Shown one piece after another: positions 14,629-21,800 of a stretch of 24,156 nucleotides of DNA. Each line of letters opens with the position of its first letter. The stretch's first letter is position 1. Where the stretch lies: contig CALGBJ010000041.1 of NCBI GenBank assembly GCA_937877385.1, forward strand, positions 1 through 24,156. Reading direction: 5' to 3'. Position numbers and translations under genes: made by a program. The DNA comes from an uncultured bacterium (GTDB lineage: Bacteria; Patescibacteriota; Minisyncoccia; UBA6257; JAGGUH01). Below the pieces are notes generated by a model. The model did no database searches, was not told where the DNA came from, and worked only from the letters and a program-made list of their open reading frames with translations.

Positions 14629-14958
14629 AATTACAAATTCCAAATCCCAAATTTCAAACAAATTCTAAATTCAAAATTACAAATTCTAAACAACCAAGTA
14701 AGTAGTAAAGAGTTAGAGGGTTAGGAAGCCGGTATGGAAGTTGGGTTAGGAAGTTAGAAATATAGAACAAAACGCAAATAAAAAAACAAAATAGGTAATA
14801 ACACCAACTTCCTAACCTCTTTACCAAACTGGCTTCCTAACCTTTTAACCTTAAACTTTAAACAAGAAGTTTAGAATTTAGGATCTCGAATTTAGAATTT
14901 ATTTTTGTTTGATGATCGCTAATTGCCAACTGCCAATAGCCAATTGCTAATTGCCAAA
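14628..14958. repeat. Nested inverted-repeat element built from heptamer modules
   Basis: Outer AAATYHN heptamer array 14628-14691 inverted with 14869-14912; inner GGTTAGGAAG x2 (14719-14757) inverted with CTTCCTAACC x2 (14804-14842); trailing GCYAAYW x6 (14918-14958). Confidence 0.88.
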
Positions 14959-14980
14959 GATGCACTCATCTTATACAAAG

Positions 14981-15009
14981 TTGAAATAATTTTTTAGATG
15001 ATTTAGAAT
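14981..15009 (+). promoter_or_regulatory. Putative sigma70 promoter TTGAAA-N17-TAGAAT of ftsK-argS
   Basis: Hexamers 14981-14986 and 15004-15009; ATG 8 nt after the -10 element. Confidence 0.65.
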
Positions 15010-15017
15010 TCATAAAG

Positions 15018-17189
15018 ATGCCCAATAAGAAGGAACCGCTAAAAAAAACAAAAAAAATAATTCCCGGAGGAAAAAAAGAGATTTTTTCTCTTAAGTCAGA
15101 GACCAAAAAGAGTATTGTTGGGGTTATTTTTCTTGCTTTTTCTTTGTTCTTTTTTTTAAGCGGTTTTAACTTGACTGGTTTGGTTGGTCAAAAAATAAAT
15201 CAATTTGGTCGTTTTCTTTTTGGCTGGGGTTTTTGGTTTTTCCCTTTAACTCTCTTTTTTCTTTCTTTGGTCTTTTTTCTTTCTGAAAGGATTCATCATC
15301 TTTATTTAACAACCATTCTCGGCGGTTCTTTTTTCTTCTTTTCTTTTCTTTCTTTAATTTCTTTATTTTCTCCAGGCAAAGGAGGTTTTTTTGGTGATTT
15401 AGGAGCAAAATTGGAAGGGCTTTTTGCCTTTGCTGGTAGTTTGGTTTTTTATTTGTCTTTTCTGATTATTGGTCTTTTAATGGCTTTGGATGTTCCTCTG
15501 AAATTGGCAAAGTTTTTTAAGAAAAAGAAAGAAGAAGAAGTGATTTCTTTAGATTTAGAAAAAGAAAAAGAGAAGGGAAAAAAGGAACTGTCTCAAGAAA
15601 TAAGCAAGGATAGAAAAGAGGAAGAAGAGGAAAGAGAAGAGATTGAAAAAGAGATTCTGCCTGAAAAAGAAATATCTTTGGCCGAGGAAAAGAAAATTGG
15701 TTTGAACTTTTCTTTTTCTAAAAAAAAGAAAAGCAAGACAGAAAAAATTTTTCCTCCTTTAGATATTTTTACCAGCAAAGAAGAAAAGCCGCAGTCAACT
15801 GATATTAAAGTTAGCGCCAATATTATTAGGAGAACTTTGGCTAGTTTTGGCATTAGTGTTGATTTGGCCGAAGTAGATGTTGGGCCAACTGTCACTCGTT
15901 ATTCTTTTAGACCGGCTGAAGGAACAAGATTGACGAGAATAACTGCTTTGACTAATGAAATCGCTTTATCTTTGGCAGCTCATCCTATTAGGATAGAAGC
16001 ACCTATTCCTGGAAAATCCTTGATTGGGATAGAGGTGCCAAACAAAGTTGTCTCGGTAGTTAGATTGGCTCCGCTTTTGGCTAAAGAAGAATTTAAACTT
16101 TCTCCGCCTTTAGTTTTTCCTTTGGGCAGAGACGTGACTGGTTTGCCTTTTTATGCCGATTTGAATAAAATGCCCCACCTTTTGATTGCTGGTTCGACCG
16201 GTTCAGGTAAATCAGTTTGTATTCATTGTTTGCTTTCTTCTTTGCTTTTCAAAAATACCCCCGAAGAATTATCTCTTATTTTAATTGATCCTAAAAAAGT
16301 AGAACTTAGTTTGTATGAAGGTTTGCCTCATTTAATTTCGCCAGTTATTGTTGAAGCCAAAAAAGCGATTTCGGCTTTGAATTGGCTTTGCTCAGAAATG
16401 GAGAATCGTTATGAATTACTTTTAAGAGAAAAGGTTAGAGATTTATTTGCTTATAATGAAAAGAAAAGAAAACAAGGCGAGACAGAAGAGCCATACTTGG
16501 TAGCCGTTATCGATGAATTAGCAGATTTAATGAGTAATTATCCTCGAGAAATAGAGGCTTCAATTGTTAGATTGGCTCAAATGGCTCGGGCAACTGGTAT
16601 TCATTTGGTAGTTTCTACTCAAAGACCTTCAACCGAAGTAATTACCGGTTTGATTAAAGCCAATATTACTTCAAGAATAGCTTTTCAGGTAGCTAGTCAG
16701 ATTGATTCAAGGACGATTTTAGATATGGCTGGCGCTGAGAAACTGCTTGGTCGAGGAGATATGCTTTTCCTTTCAGCCGAACTTTCCAAACCAAAAAGGA
16801 TTCAAGCACCATTTGTTTCAGTCAAAGAGATTAAAAAATTAGTTGCTTTTTGGCAAGAAGAATACAAAGGGCAAGAAGAGGTACCGGCCGGCTCTTTAAG
16901 TGAAGGGTTAGAAGAAAGTTTGACTAAAGAAAAAATTTCTTTTGATGATTTTGCTCCGGCTGATGATGATGAGCTTTACCAGGAGGCCTATCAGATAATT
17001 GTTCAAACTGGTAAGGCCTCAGCTTCTTTGTTGCAGAGAAAATTGAGAATTGGCTATGCTCGAGCAGCTCGTCTTCTTGATCTTTTAGAAGAAAGGGGAG
17101 TGGTTGGTCCAGCCAGAGGAGCTAAGCCAAGAGAGGTTTTGGTTTCCAAAGAAGAAAACTCGCCAACTGATGACTTTAATAATTTTTAA
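15018..17189 (+). CDS. ftsK: DNA translocase FtsK/SpoIIIE
   Basis: N-terminal TM domain, GPTVTRY, RIEAPIPGKSLIGIEVPN, MPHLLIAGSTGSGKS, IDPKKVEL, IDELADLM, STQRPS, GAEKLLGRGDML, gamma domain SASLLQRKLRIGYARAARLLD. Confidence 0.98.
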   Translation: MPNKKEPLKKTKKIIPGGKKEIFSLKSETKKSIVGVIFLAFSLFFFLSGFNLTGLVGQKINQFGRFLFGWGFWFFPLTLFFLSLVFFLSERIHHLYLTTILGGSFFFFSFLSLISLFSPGKGGFFGDLGAKLEGLFAFAGSLVFYLSFLIIGLLMALDVPLKLAKFFKKKKEEEVISLDLEKEKEKGKKELSQEISKDRKEEEEEREEIEKEILPEKEISLAEEKKIGLNFSFSKKKKSKTEKIFPPLDIFTSKEEKPQSTDIKVSANIIRRTLASFGISVDLAEVDVGPTVTRYSFRPAEGTRLTRITALTNEIALSLAAHPIRIEAPIPGKSLIGIEVPNKVVSVVRLAPLLAKEEFKLSPPLVFPLGRDVTGLPFYADLNKMPHLLIAGSTGSGKSVCIHCLLSSLLFKNTPEELSLILIDPKKVELSLYEGLPHLISPVIVEAKKAISALNWLCSEMENRYELLLREKVRDLFAYNEKKRKQGETEEPYLVAVIDELADLMSNYPREIEASIVRLAQMARATGIHLVVSTQRPSTEVITGLIKANITSRIAFQVASQIDSRTILDMAGAEKLLGRGDMLFLSAELSKPKRIQAPFVSVKEIKKLVAFWQEEYKGQEEVPAGSLSEGLEESLTKEKISFDDFAPADDDELYQEAYQIIVQTGKASASLLQRKLRIGYARAARLLDLLEERGVVGPARGAKPREVLVSKEENSPTDDFNNF

Positions 17190-17192
17190 AAA

Positions 17193-18764
17193 ATGGACAA
17201 GAAGAAAATAGAAACTCTTTTAAAAAAGAAGGTTAAAGAAATTTTTTTGACTGAAATTGATTTTTCTTTGACTTGGCCCAAAGAAAGAAATTTTGGTGAT
17301 TTTTCCACAAACTTCCCTTTGGTAGCGGCTAAAGAACTAAAGAAAGAACCAAAAGAAGTAGCCTCTCTTTTTATTAAAAAAATTGAGAAAGATAAAGAAT
17401 TCGGTTCTCTTTTTGAGAAGGTTTATTTTCTTAATGGTTTTCTTAATTTTTTTCTTTCAGAGAAAATTTTAGTGGAGAAATTGATTTTTCTTTTTAAAGA
17501 AAGGAGAGCAAAGAAAAAAGAAAAAGTAATTTTGGAATTTATTTCTGCTAATCCAACCGGTGAATTGACTTTGGGTAATGCTCGGGGTGGTTTCTTGGGC
17601 GATTCTTTAGCTCGGCTTTTGAAAAAATGTGGTTATGAAGTTTTTTCCGAATATTATGTTAATAATGCTAAAAATTCTTTACAGATTCAGGAATTAGGAA
17701 AAACTTTTCTTGGTCGAGGGAAAAGTTATTTAAGCGATTATCTTGTCTCTTTAATCGAGAAATTGAAAGGTGAGAGAAATAAATTTAAAGACGAAAAGGA
17801 GGCTGGTTATTTTTTAGCAAAAATTATTCAGAAAGAAAACGAAGATTTCATTAAAAATAAATTAAAAATCCATTTTGATAATTTCTTCAGTGAAGAGTCG
17901 CTTTATCAGAAAAAAATTATTGAAAAGACCCTTGTTTTGTTAAAAAAAAGAAATCTTCTCTATGAGAAAGAAGGGGCTTTTTATTTGAAAACCAAAAGCT
18001 ACGGTGACGAGAAAGATAGAGTGATTATTCGTTCTAATGGTTTGCCGACTTACTTTTTGAGTGATATTGCTTATCATTTGACCAAGATTGAAAGAGGTTT
18101 CAGAAGGATGATTAATGTTTGGGGGGCTGATCATTATGGTCACAAAAAAAGAATGATGGCCGCTTTGAAATCATTAGGTTTTCTTAAAAAAGAGAGATTG
18201 GAAATAATTATTGTTCAGATGGTCAATTTAAAAAGAGGCCAGAAAAAAGAGAAAATGTCCAAAAGAATGGGAAAGTATCTTTCTTTAAAAGAATTAATTG
18301 AAGAAATTGGTTTGGATGTTAGTCGTTTTTTCTTTTTAATGAGATCACCGACAAGTCAATTGGATTTTGATTTGTCTTTAGTCAAAGAAAAATCGCAAAA
18401 AAATCCTCTTTATTATTTGCAATATGTCTGGGTGAGGATAAATGGTATTCTTAAAAAGAGCCAAGAGGAGAAAGTTGACTTAGCTAATTTAAGATTCGAG
18501 GAAATGAGTGAAAAGGAACTTTTAAGAGAGTTGATAAAGTTTGATGACTTAAAAGAAGAAATTGCTGAGAGTTTGAATATCCACCAGTTGGTTTCTTGGC
18601 TTGTTTCTTTAGCTGGGGTTTTTCATAGATTTTACGAAAATTGTCCAGTTTTAGTCAGTCAAAAGGAAATCAGAAATTCGAGATTAGTTTTAGTTAAAGC
18701 AACTAAAAGAGTTTTTCAAGAAAGTTTGGAAATTTTAGGTATTTCTTTGCCAGAAAAAATGTAA
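17193..18764 (+). CDS. argS: Arginine--tRNA ligase
   Basis: GDFSTN, LEFISANPTG, EYYVNN, KDRVIIRSNGLPTYFLSDIAYH, VWGADHYG, KMSKRMG, NPLYYLQY, FHRFYENCPVL. Confidence 0.96.
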   Translation: MDKKKIETLLKKKVKEIFLTEIDFSLTWPKERNFGDFSTNFPLVAAKELKKEPKEVASLFIKKIEKDKEFGSLFEKVYFLNGFLNFFLSEKILVEKLIFLFKERRAKKKEKVILEFISANPTGELTLGNARGGFLGDSLARLLKKCGYEVFSEYYVNNAKNSLQIQELGKTFLGRGKSYLSDYLVSLIEKLKGERNKFKDEKEAGYFLAKIIQKENEDFIKNKLKIHFDNFFSEESLYQKKIIEKTLVLLKKRNLLYEKEGAFYLKTKSYGDEKDRVIIRSNGLPTYFLSDIAYHLTKIERGFRRMINVWGADHYGHKKRMMAALKSLGFLKKERLEIIIVQMVNLKRGQKKEKMSKRMGKYLSLKELIEEIGLDVSRFFFLMRSPTSQLDFDLSLVKEKSQKNPLYYLQYVWVRINGILKKSQEEKVDLANLRFEEMSEKELLRELIKFDDLKEEIAESLNIHQLVSWLVSLAGVFHRFYENCPVLVSQKEIRNSRLVLVKATKRVFQESLEILGISLPEKM

Positions 18765-18766
18765 AT

Positions 18767-18775
18767 TGTGGAAAA
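18767..18775 (-). promoter_or_regulatory. Possible DnaA box TTTTCCACA upstream of the nrdD promoter
   Basis: Matches TTWTNCACA; 6 nt upstream of the -35 hexamer. Confidence 0.35.
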
Positions 18776-18781
18776 TGCCTT

Positions 18782-18809
18782 TTGACAGGAAAAAGATGAA
18801 AGGTAAAAT
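18782..18809 (+). promoter_or_regulatory. Putative sigma70 promoter TTGACA-N16-TAAAAT of nrdD-nrdG
   Basis: Hexamers 18782-18787 and 18804-18809. Confidence 0.7.
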
Positions 18810-18821
18810 TAATTTTTCAAA

Positions 18822-21800
18822 ATGACTAAAAGATTATTTAGCAAAATTATTAAAAGAGATGGCCGAAAAGTTAAATTTGAGAGCGAGAAAATAATCCAGG
18901 CCATTGAAAAAGCCGGTCAAGCCACTGGTGAATTTGGTAGAGAAGTAGCTGAAAAGCTAACAGCCAAAGTTCTTCTTTTAGCCAAGGAGGTTCTTAAAGA
19001 CAAGAAAACGCCAACAGTAGAAGAAATTCAAGATATTGTTGAGTTGGTTCTTTTTAATTCTCCTTTTTGGAAAACAGCTAGGGCTTATGCTATTTATCGA
19101 GAACAGCATCGTCAATTAAGAGAGATTGTTAGTCAAGCTGATGTTAGTTTAGTTGATAAATACTTAGAAAAAGTTACTTGGGAGATTAGAGAGAATTCCA
19201 ATATGACCTTTTCTCTTCAGGGTTTGAATAATTATGTCTCTTCAAAAATTATTTCTACTTATTGGCTTAATAAAATTTATCCAGAGGAAATTAGAAGGGC
19301 TCATGAAGAAGGAGATTTTCATCTCCACGATCTTTCTAATCTTTCAGTTTACTGTGTTGGCTGGGACTTGTATGACTTGCTTTTGAAAGGGTTTGGGGGC
19401 GTGCCAGGCAAAATTGAATCAAAGCCGGCCAAACATTTTCATTCGGCCTTAGGTCAATTAGTTAACTTTCTTTATTCACTCCAAGGAGAGACAGCTGGGG
19501 CAGTGGCTGTTTCTAATTTTGATACTTTGTTGGCGCCGTTTATTTACTATGACAAACTTTCTTATCGAGAAGTTTCCCAAGCTCTTCAAGAATTTCTTTT
19601 CAATATGAATGTGCCAACAAGAGTTGGTTTTCAGACGCCTTTTTCTAATATAACTTTAGATTTGACGCCTCCGCCACAACTGGCTAATTCGCCAGTTTTA
19701 ATTGGCGGTAAACTTCAAGATAAAACTTATAAAGAGTTTCAAAAAGAAATAGATATTTTTAACAAAGCCCTTTTAGAAAATTTCTTGGAAGGAGATGGCA
19801 AAGGTAGAGTTTTTTCTTTTCCTATTCCAACTTACAATATTACTAAGGATTTTGATTGGGGCAATAAAAATCTTGATCTTCTTTGGCGAGTGACAGCCAA
19901 ATATGGCTTGCCTTATTTCGCTAATTTCATCAATTCAGATATGAAACCAGAAGATATTAGGAGTATGTGTCTTTATCCTGAGGAGGAAGTTTTGATTAGA
20001 AATAATCGAAAAGTAAAAAGAAGGAAAATTGGCGAGATAGTTGAGAATTATAGGGGATCAGAATTTGATAGGGATGGTTGGAGTGATTGTCGGCCCGAAA
20101 AAAATTTGGAGGTGCTTTCTTTAAATTATCAAACAGGAAGAACAGAGTGGGCTAAGGTGATTAGATTTTTGAAAGTAAAAGACAACAAACTAGTGACTAT
20201 TTTTACTAATGAAGGTAAAAGAATAAAAGTTTCCAGCAAGCATCTTGTGCCGGTTTTAACTCCAGAAGGTTTGATAAATAAATTTGCTGAAGATGTTAAA
20301 GAGGGAGATTATTTGTTAGGACTAAAGAAATCTTCTAGTCTAAATGATGATGGCGAGTACCAGAAATTAAATGATAAATTAGTTTTGAATGAGGACTTAG
20401 CAAAGATTTTAGGTTATTTCACAGCCGATGGCAATTATTTATTTGAAACAAGAAAAAATCTTAAAACATTTGGTTTGCCTAGAGGTTTGCAATTTACTTT
20501 TAATTCTGAAACCAAAGAAAATGTTGAGGAAATTAAAAGTTTGATTAAAAAAGTTTTCGATTTAGAGGTTAAAGAAAGGAAAGATCCTCGTTATCATTCT
20601 TATTATCTTTATCTTTATAAAGCAGATTTGGCAAGGATTTTATGGCAGGCCGGTTTTAGGAAATATGGCCGTTTGCCTGATATTTTATTTAATTCTCCTT
20701 TAAAAGTTATAGAAAGTTTTCTCCTTTATCATTTTAAGGGAGATGGTTATTTAAAAAGAAAAGAAATTCATATTAATGACAAAGAGTTAGCCAGAGATTT
20801 AGTTCTTCTTTACTCTTTAATAGGCAAGCCAGTTACTTATCGGCAAAGGAGAAGTAGTCAAATTATTTATCTTCAGCATAGTTGTAAAGAGAGAGACAAA
20901 GATTCTAACTTTTTGTTATCTCAAACGCTATCCCAAAGAGTGCCTGGCTTTTTGGCTAAATCTACTTATTTAGTGCCAGGGCTTAGAAAATCAAGAATGG
21001 TTGGTCTTGAGACATTAAGGAAATATAGGGCTGTAACTCAATTAAGTCGAAGAATTGAAGATAGTGATTATTATATTAGCCGAGTAAAGAAAGTTGAAGT
21101 GAAAAATCTTTCCTATCCTCAGACATTTTTTGATTTAGAACTTGATAAGAATCATCTTTTTGTTCATTCTTTGGGAACAATTACTCATAATTGTTGCCGG
21201 TTGAGGATTGACAACCGCAAACTCGAGAAGCGAGGCGGTGGTCTTTTTGGTTCAAGCCCGTTGACTGGCTGTTATGACGAAAAGACAGAGATTTTAACTG
21301 AAGATGGTTGGAAATTGTTTAAAGATTTAAAGATGGAAGACAAGGTATTTACTTTAAGTGAGAATAATCGAATTGAACTTCATCAACCAGAACAACTTTT
21401 CAATTATGACTACGAAGGCGAAATGATTGAATTTAAAGCAAAATCTCTTGATTTACTAGTTACTCCTAATCACCGAATGGTTGTTGACAAAAAGTACAAG
21501 AAGAGAAGAACTTTTGTTGAAGCAAAGGACTTTAGTCCTTCTCGAGACCTTATTCCTAAAAAAGGAATATGGTTAGGTAAGAGGCAAGAATATTTTGAAC
21601 TTCCTCCAGTAGTTATACTTCAGGGGAGCGGATCACCTTCTCGTTTCTCTGATCAAGAGATAGGGTATATTCGGGAGATGAGAAGAAAAGGAAAAAGCTT
21701 TTATCAAATAGGAAAAGTGTTCAATTGTAATCCGGTAACCATTTACAATATTTGTCTTAATGAAAATTATGGTAACAGACAGAGGATAAGGATAAGATAT

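Noticed and set aside
14428-14661. 77-aa minus-strand ORF starting MFEIWDLEFVI
   Set aside because: Its N-terminus is a translation of the heptamer array and the rest is antisense to murD.
12903-18143. ORFs 12903-13085, 15166-15408, 15593-15895, 17940-18143
   Set aside because: Fully nested opposite real genes, with no motifs.
18765-18821. NrdR box upstream of nrdD
   Set aside because: No match to the acaCwAtATaTwGtg-type palindrome could be seen.
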